Shown piece by piece: positions 12,321-25,070 of a stretch of 64,000 nucleotides of DNA. How positions within the stretch are numbered: the first letter of the stretch is position 1; every line of letters starts with the position of its first letter. Under the pieces are notes generated by a model, which worked only from the letters and a program-made list of their open reading frames with translations, made no database searches and was not told where the DNA came from. The stretch is from Octopus bimaculoides (Eukaryota), in contig NC_068981.1 of the NCBI RefSeq assembly GCF_001194135.2, forward strand, positions 21,684,974 through 21,748,973, in the 5' to 3' direction. Made by a program: the position numbers and the translations under genes.

Positions 12321-12903
12321 NNNNNNNNNNNNNNNNNNNNNNNNNNNNNNNNNNNNNNNNNNNNNNNNNNNNNNNNNNNNNNNNNNNNNNNNNNNNNNNN
12401 NNNNNNNNNNNNNNNNNNNNNNNNNNNNNNNNNNNNNNNNNNNNNNNNNNNNNNNNNNNNNNNNNNNNNNNNNNNNNNNNNNNNNNNNNNNNNNNNNNNN
12501 NNNNNNNNNNNNNNNNNNNNNNNNNNNNNNNNNNNNNNNNNNNNNNNNNNNNNNNNNNNNNNNNNNNNNNNNNNNNNNNNNNNNNNNNNNNNNNNNNNNN
12601 NNNNNNNNNNNNNNNNNNNNNNNNNNNNNNNNNNNNNNNNNNNNNNNNNNNNNNNNNNNNNNNNNNNNNNNNNNNNNNNNNNNNNNNNNNNNNNNNNNNN
12701 NNNNNNNNNNNNNNNNNNNNNNNNNNNNNNNNNNNNNNNNNNNNNNNNNNNNNNNNNNNNNNNNNNNNNNNNNNNNNNNNNNNNNNNNNNNNNNNNNNNN
12801 NNNNNNNNNNNNNNNNNNNNNNNNNNNNNNNNNNNNNNNNNNNNNNNNNNNNNNNNNNNNNNNNNNNNNNNNNNNNNNNNNNNNNNNNNNNNNNNNNNNN
12901 NNN

Positions 12904-14463
12904 ATAGAGAGACTCACAAAGACATGGACAACAATTCTTACCCTTACAACTGAGAACAGAATAATTGTTTCTGATAGTACAGGCATTTCAAAGGGAATAT
13001 TCCAGGAAGATAGTCTTTCTGTACTTCTTTTCATTTTTACACTGAATCCATTATCGTTCCTACTGCAGAAAACAAATGGTTACATGATAGGATCTTCAAC
13101 TGCAAGAAATATCAATGTTACTTATAATTTCTTTGTAAATGACCTGAAGATTTATGCTAAAAGTGTTAACATTGCCAAAAAACAACTGAAATTAATAACA
13201 TTTTCAGCTGATATAGGCATGGAATTTGGCCAAAAGAAATGTTCATATTTGGTTATAGAATGAGGAAAGCTAGTCCCCCAAACCCAAAACCTGTGCATCA
13301 AAGGTTTCCCTATCTCCCTCATTCCACACAAAGAACGTTACAAGTACTTAGGCATAGACATATGTTATCACTCAGTCAGCACCTGCTAAGCAACAGCAGC
13401 AAAAATATATATGTAAATGCAGTGCTGAAAAGTGAAGTGAGTAATATCGTATGAGTTGTCAGTGAGCTCCTCAAGAAGCACTCTCATCCTGATGATCTCC
13501 AATACAGCCCCAAAGCAGATGGGCTCTCTTACCTCAGAGAAGACCTGGACAGAAGCACTCAACATACAAAAAAAAAAACAAAAACAAAAAAGACTATGCA
13601 TGGGTAAAGCTTGAAGAAGACAGCAGAATTGACATGAAGTGCAGCCTCTCTTGGTTACAAGACCACTACATCACATCACACTTTGAAGGTTATGCACTTG
13701 CAATTCAAGAACAGGTGATTGCCACAGAGTACCTGGTGAACAAAAGAGACAGTGATGCTCTTGTAATCCCAAGGTGCAACCACATGTGTAGGCTATGTCA
13801 TGTTTCTGTGGAAGACATCATGCATGTGATTAGCAACTGTCCTAAAATGTTGTCATGGTACTACCTCCCTATGTGGCACGATGTTATTGCTAAATTAGTT
13901 TACAATGCCATCTGTAAAAAAGACTGTCTTGAAATAAGCTTAGAAAATCGCTCTGTTATGGAATACATTCATAAACACCAACTCAAGGGATGCTAGTGGA
14001 ATATTTCCATCAAACCTTCTGTCAAACGTAAACAGAACAGGCCGAAGTTTGTTGTTTGGGACAGGGGCAAAAGTATGTACCATCATAGAGGTCAGCTGCC
14101 CTGCAGATATAAATACCTTCTTGAAAAATCAAAGAAAAAGAGGATATCTATGGACAACTGCTTCGAAACCTCCAGCTTCTATATCCAGACTATAAATTCA
14201 TATTCATACCAATAATAATTGGAGCACTAGGTTTTGTTAATAAATGCTTAAAGGAGAATTTGGATAAACTGGGATTTTCAGAAAGAGAAATCGACCGGCT
14301 AATTCATACATTACAAGTGCAATCTGTGAGTGGAACAGTAAAAATGCACAAGACTTTTCTCAAGTTCCAAATGTGAATTGGTCTCTGTTAACTACATCCC
14401 AAAGATGGAGTCTTGTATCTTTGTTGGAAACCGGCTCCCTCCTCAGTGGAAGATTTATAATAA
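12904..14463 (+). mobile_element. R4/Dong-type non-LTR retrotransposon 3' portion (RT, CCHC zinc knuckle, RLE; degraded)
   Basis: RT-like KGIFQEDSLSVLLF..LNPLSFLL..FFVNDLKIYAK..DIGMEFGQKKC (12975-13245). CRLCHVSVEDIMHVISNC and HDVIAKLVY. RLE NRPKFVVWD..EVSCPAD. The 3' UTR ends ttataataat. Confidence 0.9.
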
Positions 14464-16149
14464 TTAAAAAATAGAGGAGACAATATACATACATACATGC
14501 ATGCATACAGCTGTTCCTATACATACAAACATAAAAACATGTACTTATATACATTCACACATACAAATGTATATACACACATACATACATATATATACAC
14601 TCATGTACACACTTACACACACACACACACACACGTGTAAAAATATACATATGATTTGCAGTATTCACCACATTTCTGTATTTCCATATCTGTTGGATGT
14701 TTGTCAACAGAAGGCAAGAGANNNNNNNNNNNNNNNNNNNNNNNNNNNNNNNNNNNNNNNNNNNNNNNNNNNNNNNNNNNNNNNNNNNNNNNNNNNNNNN
14801 NNNNNNNNNNNNNNNNNNNNNNNNNNNNNNNNNNNNNNNNNNNNNNNNNNNNNNNNNNNNNNNNNNNNNNNNNNNNNNNNNNNNNNNNNNNNNNNNNNNN
14901 NNNNNNNNNNNNNNNNNNNNNNNNNNNNNNNNNNNNNNNNNNNNNNNNNNNNNNNNNNNNNNNNNNNNNNNNNNNNNNNNNNNNNNNNNNNNNNNNNNNN
15001 NNNNNNNNNNNNNNNNNNNNNNNNNNNNNNNNNNNNNNNNNNNNNNNNNNNNNNNNNNNNNNNNNNNNNNNNNNNNNNNNNNNNNNNNNNNNNNNNNNNN
15101 NNNNNNNNNNNNNNNNNNNNNNNNNNNNNNNNNNNNNNNNNNNNNNNNNNNNNNNNNNNNNNNNNNNNNNNNNNNNNNNNNNNNNNNNNNNNNNNNNNNN
15201 NNNNNNNNNNNNNNNNNNNNNNNNNNNNNNNNNNNNNNNNNNNNNNNNNNNNNNNNNNNNNNNNNNNNNNNNNNNNNNNNNNNNNNNNNNNNNNNNNNNN
15301 NNNNNNNNNNNNNNNNNNNNNNNNNNNNNNNNNNNNNNNNNNNNNNNNNNNNNNNNNNNNNNNNNNNNNNNNNNNNNNNNNNNNNNNNNNNNNNNNNNNN
15401 NNNNNNNNNNNNNNNNNNNNNNNNNNNNNNNNNNNNNNNNNNNNNNNNNNNNNNNNNNNNNNNNNNNNNNNNNNNNNNNNNNNNNNNNNNNNNNNNNNNN
15501 NNNNNNNNNNNNNNNNNNNNNNNNNNNNNNNNNNNNNNNNNNNNNNNNNNNNNNNNNNNNNNNNNNNNNNNNNNNNNNNNNNNNNNNNNNNNNNNNNNNN
15601 NNNNNNNNNNNNNNNNNNNNNNNNNNNNNNNNNNNNNNNNNNNNNNNNNNNNNNNNNNNNNNNNNNNNNNNNNNNNNNNNNNNNNNNNNNNNNTATATAT
15701 ATATATATATATATATATATGTGCATGTGTGTGTGTATGTATATATATATATATATATATATAAGACAACAAAAATGAGTGAAAAAACTACAGAAGGCTT
15801 GTGTTATATGGTTGAAGTATATATTTAAATCGTTATGTTAGAAAAATGTTATAAAATTTTGAGTATAGTAACATTGTTTCATCGTCATCATCATCGTTGT
15901 TTAACGTCTGCTTTCCATGCTAGCATGGGTTGATGGAGAAATAACCGGTTCCGTATTTTCTTTTCAAATTTCTCAAATTTCTTTACCTATATTGTGTCAT
16001 GTCTTCGCTATGTTGTGAAATATGGAGTTCCAGACAGGGGAAGGTAATTAGGGATTTTTTCCGGTATAAGGGAGATATTAAAAAATGTTGGGAATGACTA
16101 GGTTTGATTAATTTAAAATGATTTGGTTTAGAAGGAATAGAATTGTCAA

Positions 16150-17722
16150 GTACAGCTAATGTGCAGTGGTAATATTAGCGGACGCTTCAATTAATTGTTG
16201 CTCATAAATAAGCTGCAGAACTTCTGTGCATTGCATTTTAGATGGTGTGTTTTCTTCTGTGTTCCAGGATTTCCTGAGGTGTAAATACCCTTTGAACTGA
16301 TAACATTCATTTATTAATTTGTGGTCAATATTGTCTTCATAACACGATATTATAAGTTTGATACTGTTCTCATCAAATTCTTGATTGTTCATCAATTCTG
16401 AGAGAAACTTGAACCTTTTCACAATCTGCTCATATAGGTCCATCCTCTTGCTTAACTCTATTATCAAGCAGTCATAGACTTGTTTTAGAACTCCTAAATT
16501 TTCCAGCCCCTTTCAAAGAAGCCCAATCACTTGTTCCATCTGCAAATTTCATTGTAACAATGTGTTTGGAAACATCAGAATAATTTGAGGTAATATATTC
16601 ACATAAACCTTTTGCTACTGATTCATAGTGTGCAATCCTGTCGACTGAATTTTCTCATAGTTCTTTAACAAATGAAAGCAAATACGCTAGCAGAAGATAA
16701 CCTTCAAATACATCAGAACCAGGTGTTTGGAGCTTCTTGTTTTGTTAAAACGCTCCAAAACTTCTTCCCAAACGACTGTTAAAACATTATATTCCAATTT
16801 TATCAACTTGCGGTATAAATTCTTTGCATCTCGCTTACATTCAGGCTTCTCTTCTGAGTCTTCAAACATATGTTTGAGAGTTTGTAAAATATCCCTAGAT
16901 CCATTTTTAATTGCCGAGACTGCTTCATAGTGTGCAGACCATCTAGTTACACTTAAGCTCTTTAGAGAAAAGGCTAGATTGTCCTGTGTGCTCAAAATCC
17001 CCCATCTCTGAGGAGATTCAGAAAAGAAAACATACAGCTGCTGCAATATGTCAAAATAGTCAACGACTTCAGGTACAGTAGACACTGCCTTTTACCAAAC
17101 AAGGTTGAGTGAATGGCTTGCACATGGTACATAGTCTGTATGCCTGTTAATGTTTTTACGAAGTGCTTGCAGCCCTTTCTCTGAGCCCTAGAAAAAACGC
17201 TTTGTTACTGAACAGATTGTAAGTCCAAAATTAGGAGGCAAACCTTTTCATTGGTCATTACATAATGGTGTGAAAATAAGAATTCTTATCTCTACTGTGC
17301 TGATGTAGTAATAGACATATTTGACAATGGGAGGGGCAAGGCCGAAGTTTCCAAAGTAATTCAAGTAAAGCGAATTATCTGCGAGTCGTTTGTATTTTAA
17401 ATTTTTATGTTACTCCACACCAACAGAAACAGTGGGTGAACAACTTATGGCTAAACACTGTGTGCTTAGACTCTGCATGTTTAGACTCTACATGTTTAGA
17501 CTCTGCATGTTTAGACTCTGCATGTTTAGACTCTGCATGTTTAGACTCTGCATAGGAGTATGATATGATGTCCACTAAGACTGGTAGCAGCAATCTGTAT
17601 GGCAAAATACAAAAACAAAAAAATTGATAGAATAAAAAATTTAAGTTGCTTTAGAGGGGCCCCTCCAGGATTAGGGACCCTGAAGCTTAGGTTTCATTAG
17701 TTTTATGGTAGATCCACCACTG
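16150..17722 (-). mobile_element. hAT transposon (Tip100/ZMYM1-like transposase), 5' terminus plus degraded ORF
   Basis: YVPCASHSLNL motif (~17105-17137) and YFDILQQLYVFFSESPQRW..LKSLSVTRWSAHYEAV. The terminus reads CAGTGGTGGATCTACCATAAAACTAATGAAACCTAAGCTTCAGGGTCCC on minus from 17722. Confidence 0.85.
17463..17552. repeat. 15-bp minisatellite, 6 copies (TGTTTAGACTCTGCA)
   Basis: Directly visible; translates as AESKH x6 on minus. Confidence 0.95.
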
Positions 17723-19171
17723 CTCATGTCACTGGAAAAATAAGCCAAACCAAACCAAATCAAAAATACAGTGACATTTCTATTAGGAATGGCACCAGCG
17801 TAATATTGTACCAGTGAGTGATAATCCAATGGAAAAATAGTTTTTTTGGTTTGATCAGAAGAAATTGGTTATGATAAAGGGATGTTGTTGTTGTTTAGCT
17901 CTATTCTAGCTCTGAGTGAATAAAGTCAAAAATGAAATATATTCCAGGCATAACCATACAATTTTCAATTTTAAAAATAGTGTAATCAGCATTGCATAAT
18001 CAACATAGCATTGCTCAATATATCCTTTTTTTTTTTTTTGAAGTCGGAAGTTGTAATATGAGGGAAATTTGACTGCTATTTCTAGCTGGCTGAACGACTG
18101 CTTAAATATTCCCTCAGTGGTTTCTTTTATCTGATAAGTTCTTATTTACTCCCAGGTCAGCCTTGACTGAGCATATCTTTGATCAAAGGCATTTCAACAG
18201 CAGCTGCTGCTCCTTCATGAATTCAAATTTACATCTTAGATGCCAAAGTGAAATATGAAATGCCCCTGTATAAGGAAGAAAGGCAATGTGCTGACCGCAA
18301 TGGGATTTGAATTCAGAACGTAAAGCACCAGAACTAGATACCACAAGGAATTTCTTAGCCAAAATATAATTTCCTGCATTGAAAGTTAAGAAAGAAACTG
18401 CGAATGTTTTAATGTCAGTTGTTGACTTCCCAGTTCTTATTTTATGGCTGAAATAAACAGGTTTTTGTAATTTGAAGACAGAACACTTTTTGTTCTGGTC
18501 TGCATCAGAATATTACAGATCTTCTGTCAGACCGTTACCCACTCAGTGAATGACTTGGTACAGTTTTATATGAGAAACTGTTTGCTTGTGTTACTAACTG
18601 CTGCACTCATATTGTTGTTGGCTGGATATGATTTACTACTTAAAGGGTCTGTCTGTATAAAGATATCAACCATATACCAGACTTTACAGGGAATGTAATG
18701 TCTGGTATCATAATATTCTTCCAGTTGTAGAAATGAGAGAAGGTTTCATTAGGGAAGGGGAGAAAGAGATAGGAATAGATAGACAGATATATATATAGAG
18801 AGAGAGATAGATAGATAGATAGATAGATAGACACACTGATATGCAGGCAGGCCGACAGACAGACAAATAGATAAATTGTTAGATAGATGGATAGGTAGAG
18901 AAGCAGAGGAGGAAAAGTAAAATAAAGAGAGCATGATATTGTAGTCTTTATGAAAGTAATCACATAGTTAATGACAAAAAGCATAGATGGACAATATCCT
19001 CAACCAATGAAAATATTTTTCACTCTCACTATGGATGTAGTTTTAAGTAATTAAATTTGCTTGGTTTATTACATTAAGTATGTTAGCATTGACTTAACAT
19101 TTTGTCTTCCATGTAGAAGACAACTCAATCACTGCCTCTCCATCTAACAATACAACATTCTTATAATATAA

Positions 19172-20083
19172 CTAGTAGAGTTACCCGGCATTGCTCGGGA
19201 TTAAAATGGCATAGTTTGTTTATATATATATTACAGTTATGTTGAAACAGATGACATGGGAAAGTGCAGTATTGATGACAAAACATTTGTGGAGCCAATG
19301 ATGGTCTAATTCGACTAATCAACATGTAATATGCCCGTTTGGAGGATTCCATGCCCTAACCTAGCGTGGAAAATTGGGGGTGGGGTGGGGGTATGTAATT
19401 TTTGAACCCACCGAAAAGCTGTCAGTGGATATACTCACCTTTGAGGTAGTCAGCGTTGCATCTAACACAACCCATCATATGGTTGACAGTCAAATGAATG
19501 GAGGTGTAATGGTGATATTTGTATGTAAATGGGAACATTCTGGAAAGAGTCTGCAATAAGAGATGGTAACGGGGAAGTGAACTGTTGAAAGAGGTTGAGG
19601 AGGAGCTGGTAGTGCTGACAATCTTACCTTACACCCGAGCAGCACAAGCCATTAGTTTCATTTAGAAATTTGAAAGCTTTGCAGAAATGACAATTTGAAT
19701 GTAGCACACCAATTTGTACAGAATTATCATTTTTATAAGAATGGGATGGATCATATCTGAAAGTAGCTCTTGGTGTTGTGAAGAACAAATTTGCATGTGA
19801 TCTATTTCTGAGAGCTATTGTATTGGACCTCTGTCTTTTCTGGTGAGCTAAACATTGTTCTAATGACTCAGCATTAAGTATTGCAGCATACCTTAGCTGA
19901 TCTTGGAAAAGTTTCATCTCATTTCTCTCTTGAAACTCCATTTGATGTGTTCCAGCATGCCTCTGCTAATTTTGAGAAAGTCTCATCTCCTTTCTCAGTT
20001 TGCGACACTCACCTTTGGTTTTCTGCAATCGTCCTTACTTTATACGTGTTTCTGGAGAGATTACATCTTTTCTTTGGTGGCAT
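19172..20083 (-). mobile_element. Internally deleted Helitron with intact 3' end
   Basis: The minus strand ends with hairpin CCCGAGCAATGCCGGG (19199-19184), 8 nt, then CTAG|T. The N-terminal ORF remnant runs from MPPKKRCNLSRN (20083) to FRYDPSHSY..VQIG..CHFCKAFKFLNETNGLCCSG, a Helitron N-terminal zinc-finger region. Confidence 0.85.
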
Positions 20084-20624
20084 ATTTTTTCAATATTGTA
20101 AACAAAAAATTATGAACATAGAAAAAATATACATTAATCTCTATTTTTGTAAACAGTTATAGGTATATAGTATGTCTATTTCTGCATGCAGTGTAAATTA
20201 ATGAAATATAAGCAAATGAATGAAATAGCACATGTATGGAACTGTTAATTTAACGGTAAATACTACAATAATTATTACAGAGACACAAAGAATTTTCTAT
20301 TTTACCATGCAACCTTGCAACTGCTGCAATAATTATTAACTGGTAATGAAACAGTAAATGTGTATAGTTTTAATGGAAGTGAAAATAAAATTTCGTATTG
20401 ACACTGGTCAGACCGCACTTCATGCATGTCAGTCGTCCACTAAGGCAGTGGAGACATACAAGGAAACTGAATGAAAACAAACATGAAGGGTCCTTAGACC
20501 AGGACGAGGGGAAGTATTATAATCCCTTACAAAACCTTTTTTCTAAATTTTGAGCCCCAAAAATTAGGGGGTTCCTAATATACATTAAAATACGGTAATT
20601 TCTTTCTAATTTTGGCACCAGGCC

Positions 20625-20812
20625 AGAAATTTTGAGGCGTGGAGAAGTCAATTATGCCGTTCTCTGTACTTCCCTGGTACTTATTTTATTGACCCAAAAG
20701 GATGAAAGTAAAATCAGCCTTGGCAGCATTTGAACTCAGAATATAATGAGCTAGGAAAGATGTTGCTAAGTAGTTTGTACGGCACAGTAACAATTCTGTC
20801 AGCTTAATACCT
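20625..20812 (-). mobile_element. SINE type C (degraded)
   Basis: Reverse complement of the family at 32831-33045. Confidence 0.7.
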
Positions 20813-20892
20813 TAGAATATGACAATATAATGATAATATGAAACTATGACAATGTTATATTATATATGACACTGTAACATTTGACAGAATAA

Positions 20893-21112
20893 TGGCTTCA
20901 AATTTTGCCACAAGGGCAGATATTTTAGCGGGAGGGGATAAGTAGATTACATCAGCCCCAGTGTTTAACAGGTACTTATTTTATCGACCCCGAAAGGATG
21001 GAAGGTAAAGTTGACCTCGGTGGAATTTGAACTCAAAATGTACCAACGAGCGAAATATCACTAAGCATTTCAACCAGCACACTAACGATTCTGCCAGCTC
21101 ACCACCTTATAT
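20893..21112 (-). mobile_element. SINE type C
   Basis: ttatcgaccccgaaaggatg..gttgacctcggtggaatttgaactc..ttctgccagctcaccacc is the reverse complement of 32831-32990. Confidence 0.8.
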
Positions 21113-21132
21113 TCGACAATATAATGGCATCT

Positions 21133-21517
21133 GGAGGCGCAATGGCCCAGTGGTTAGGGCAGCGGACTCGCGGTCATAGGATCACGGTTTCGATTCCTAG
21201 ACTGGGCGTTGTGAGTGTTTATTGAGTGAAAACACCTAAAGCTCCATGAGGCTCCATAGGGGATGGTGGAGAACCCTGCTGTACTCTTTCACCACAACTT
21301 TCTCTCACTCTTACTTCCTGTTTCTGTTGTACCTGTAATTCAAAGGGTCAGCCTTGTCACACTGTGTCACGCTGAATATCCCCGAGAACTACGTTAAGGG
21401 TACACGTGTCTGTGGAGTGCTCAGCCACTTGCACGTTAATTTCACGAGCAGGCTGTTCCATTGATCAGATCAACTGGAACCCTCATTGTCGTAAGCGACG
21501 GAGTGCCAACAACAACA
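21133..21517 (+). mobile_element. tRNA(Arg)-like SINE type D, full length
   Basis: A box TGGCCCAGTGG and B box GTTTCGATTCC. The head resembles tRNA-Arg and the element ends in an (AAC)n tail. The 3' ~180 nt are shared with 57431-57620. Confidence 0.85.
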
Positions 21518-22821
21518 TAATGGCATGGCAGTTCGCATAGAGTGCATAGAAATACCTTAATCAGCTCTGTGTTAGATTTTAGCCAAATCACAGATAAGAG
21601 AATGTAAAGAGAAAAATGATGTGAAATCCTCTAACTGTGACTGTGAAATAGTCCCCTGCTCTACATATCATCACTGTCCACCCTAACCTCTAGACGTTGA
21701 TAGTTTTCCTCTTATGTAATTACTGTCCAATTTAAGCCTCTTCATACTGACAACCCCCTCTTTCTGTGTATAATTACTTACTGTCCAATCTAAGTCCCAC
21801 ATAGTTATACTTTCCTCCCTCACCCATCCCTTTCTGCCCTGTCTTTATTATCTATTTATTCCTTACCATTAAATGCTGCTTCTTCCTTCCCAACATTGTA
21901 ACAAAATCTGAATATTGTTGTTATTACAGTTTTGTATTACTGGCTCTTTAGTTGTAATTAAGGCAAGCAGGGTTTCAATTTCGATGCGTAATTTAACATG
22001 TGCTCACACATGTACAAACATGCACACACACATATACATGCGCTCACACAAAGGTACATGTAATATATATATATGTATACACGCCTATAAGCATTAGCTT
22101 ATTGATACAGATGCACCACATAGATTGAGGTCAATAAGCATATTCGCACAACCAACATTTTGTTGAAGTCTGATAACAGTTTCATTAAATTACTTTGATA
22201 GTAACAGTTATCTACAATGAATCTTCATTTATCAGTTTGCTGTTGCCTGACATCATAGTTAGCCTGACATCATTCAAATTCTCTCTGTCTCTCTCAGTTG
22301 CTCTGTCTCTTTGTTGCTCTCTCTCTTTCTTCCTGTACAATCTCTTTCTCCACCCCTCTCTCTTTCTGTCTCTCTGTTGCTCTCTCTCTCTCTCTCTTCT
22401 TGTGACATGTCCAGTGATCATGGATCTCCATGTCAATTTCTGAACATTTATGATTTTTCTTCTGAAAGAAACAGCTGTGATTACGCATTGCCTTCTGTTT
22501 ATTTATTTACAATTTATTCTACTATTTCCTTGCTCCGCTGAGTTTACCTTATCCTTAAGGTACAGGGTCTATTTAACTTTTAAACAAGGGAACTGGTTAA
22601 CATGACATCAGGGATGTGCACATACCAGTGGATCTGTATGATACGTGTCTTGAGGTCAGCTTGCCTTAAGTCCTGTACATTAGCAACTGGAACATCTTAA
22701 CCGAAGCCTTTAACAGCTACTACCAAAATGGTGACAGGAGTAACTCTACACTCCTCAATATTACTGAACTCAGTAAGCTGGAGTCTCACCACTGGGTGTA
22801 ATTTAATATCTTGCTCAGGAA

Positions 22822-22973
22822 TACTAGCGTAGCTAGAGTGTGTGCTGCCTGGGGAACCCCTTCTGTTCTCGCTCTCAAACCCCACAAAAAAAACACATAT
22901 TGTCTACAGCAGACCCAAAATTGCAGCCAGGGGTGGATCACCTCTACTCCCACCCTGACTAGCTATGCTAGTG
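22822..22973. mobile_element. hAT-type MITE (152 bp) with perfect 8-bp TSD
   Basis: TIRs TACTAGCGTAGCTAG and CTAGCTATGCTAGTG; flanked by CTCAGGAA at 22814-22821 and 22974-22981. Confidence 0.9.
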
Positions 22974-23249
22974 CTCAGGAAGATGGTTGGAGATGGGGTT
23001 AGAGGTAAATGTAGTGAATGATGAACACAAGTGGAGGTGCAGTTGAAGGGAAATACTAGGCTAAGTTGAGACATATGGGATTGGTTTAGGAAGAAGAATA
23101 GAGCACTAAGTAGTAGAATGATGTGCAAGATAGCAGTGGAGAGGAAGATATAGAGGTATGTAAGTGACTATAGTAAATGGAGTATGATGACTGATATGAA
23201 AGGGCATTGAGAATAATAGCAGATAAAAGAGGTGTTAAGAATGGAGTGT

Positions 23250-23323
<74 letters not shown>
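23250..23323. repeat. (AG)n microsatellite
   Basis: Directly visible. Confidence 0.95.
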
Positions 23324-23325
<2 letters not shown>

Positions 23326-23439
23326 CCTTTTGTTGCCAATAGAATTAATGGGTCTCTAAACTTTCTTTACCCTATTCTTATTCTAGCAACCACACTTTCA
23401 GAACATTCTCCTCCACTGCTAATTAAGTTATCTATTTAA

Positions 23440-24590
23440 CAAAAACTATCTACTACCTCTAAAGAAACTCTGGAGCATTTGAGAAAATCAGTTTTTCAAG
23501 TATCCTTAGTCTTTATGGCACTTGTGCACCTTCCACATACAAACTCTACTTTCTCTTTTAACCTTCCTGTGAATCTACTTCACCTCTTGTGTAACCATAG
23601 CTTGCATTGGGCACACCATATGGAATTTCTGCCTACACCTTTCCTACATATCAAGCAGGGCCATTTACCCAAAAGGTATAGAGTCTTGTTTGCTTTCCTG
23701 CTTACTAGAGCTTTGGTCATTCCTAAGTTTACTTTAAGGTTCTTTGACTCCAGGTCCTTTGACTCCACATGGAATTTCTTTTCTAATTCTGTTACAGATT
23801 CCACTATGAGATTGAGATCATCAGCATATAGTAGTTCCCAAGGTAGCTGGTATTAAATTCCTGTTATGGCCAGGAGGACAATGATGAAGGGAGTGAGAAC
23901 TGAACCTTGATGAAAACCTACTTGTACACTAAATTTGTCACTGTACTCATAGCTAACTCTCACCTTACTCTCACAAGCCATTCATACACTCCTAGCTTCC
24001 TCAGAGACCACTATATCACAGAGTGAGAGACTATTTAGAAGGATTTTTCCCTATCAAGGAATGCTAAGTACAATGCTTTACTCTTAGCTTAATACTGAAG
24101 TTGTCTGGCTAACAAGATAGCATCAGTAACACTCCTTCCAAGCACAAAACTGAACTGCATTTCATCTAATCGAGTTCTGTTTGTAATTTTGTTTCTAATT
24201 ATGTAGGTTATAACTCTTTCCATAACTTTCATGACCTGATCCAGTAATCTGATACCTCTGTAATTACTTCTATTTAAGGTATCTCCTTTACCCTTGCAAC
24301 TATTTTCTACAATGCTGCAGCACCAGTCATTGAAGAATATACCTTCCTGAATAAGTTGACTATCTATATGGGCCACTAGACTGTATTCTACTTCACCAGA
24401 TATGTTAAACACATCAGTAGTTATTCCTGGTGAACCAGGGGATTTCCCTGTCTCCATATCCTTAATTGCCTTATCTATCATACTACTATCAACTAGGATA
24501 GCTGATTCCCTGTTGGGTTCACATTGGAAAGATTCCTTTTCTCCATGCATTCTCCACATTTAGCAACCTTTCGTAGTAGGACTTCCACAC
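23440..24590 (-). mobile_element. RTE LINE ORF2 fragment (RT plus PHD-like finger), degraded
   Basis: IDKAIKDMETGKSPG..NYRGIRLLDQVMKVMERV..DEMQFSFVLGRSVTDAILLARQLQ; LYADDL; KWPCLICRKGVGRNSIWCAQCKLWLHKR. Confidence 0.9.
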
Positions 24591-24898
24591 CTTTTTATTT
24601 TCAGAGTCATTAAGTGCAAGAATACCAGTATCCATTTGTACAAACTTCTCAATTATCTCTGATGCACTGTTAATAGAGCTATAAAACCATAAAATATTAT
24701 GATAGAAACATTTTCCATTTTAATTCAAATAACATTGGTAAAGATTAAAATAAACAGGCAGGGGAACATCAAATGGATTTATGAGATAACCCAGTACATT
24801 AGATAATGTAGTAGTCCTAGTCACACTAAAAAGTAGATCGTATGGTCATGGTGAGAACATCCTTGACTTTTGGTCTGTGCTGGATTAGAGATGACCTC

Positions 24899-25070
24899 AT
24901 CATCATCATCATCGTCGTCGTCATCTAACGTCCGCTTTCCATGCTAGCATGGGTTGGACGATTTGACTGAGGACTAGTGAAACCAGATGGCTACATCAGG
25001 CTCCAATCTGATTTGGCAGAGTTTCTACAGCTGGATGCCCTTCCTAACGCCAACCACTCTGAGAGTGTAA
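24899..25070 (-). mobile_element. RTE LINE 3' end
   Basis: (CAT)n tail plus 3' UTR nearly identical to 46800-46968 and 57260-57430. Confidence 0.85.

Noticed and set aside
17463-17552. CRISPR-like or protein-repeat interpretation of the 15-bp arrays (also 63161-63220)
   Set aside because: The units are directly adjacent with no spacers, there are no cas genes, and the context is eukaryotic TE sequence.
18461-18550. Plus-frame peptide TEHFLFWSASEYYR vaguely resembling an RGS helix; minus-frame EYYDTRHYIPCKVW near 18690-18725
   Set aside because: Short, with weak splice signals and an in-frame stop soon after; no supporting neighbouring exons.
22627-22690. Minus-strand exon-like unit (ANVQDLRQADLKTRIIQIH, donor GTATGT)
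   Set aside because: The acceptor lacks a polypyrimidine tract, the peptide is unrecognised, and the phase does not link to other candidates. RNA-seq would be needed.
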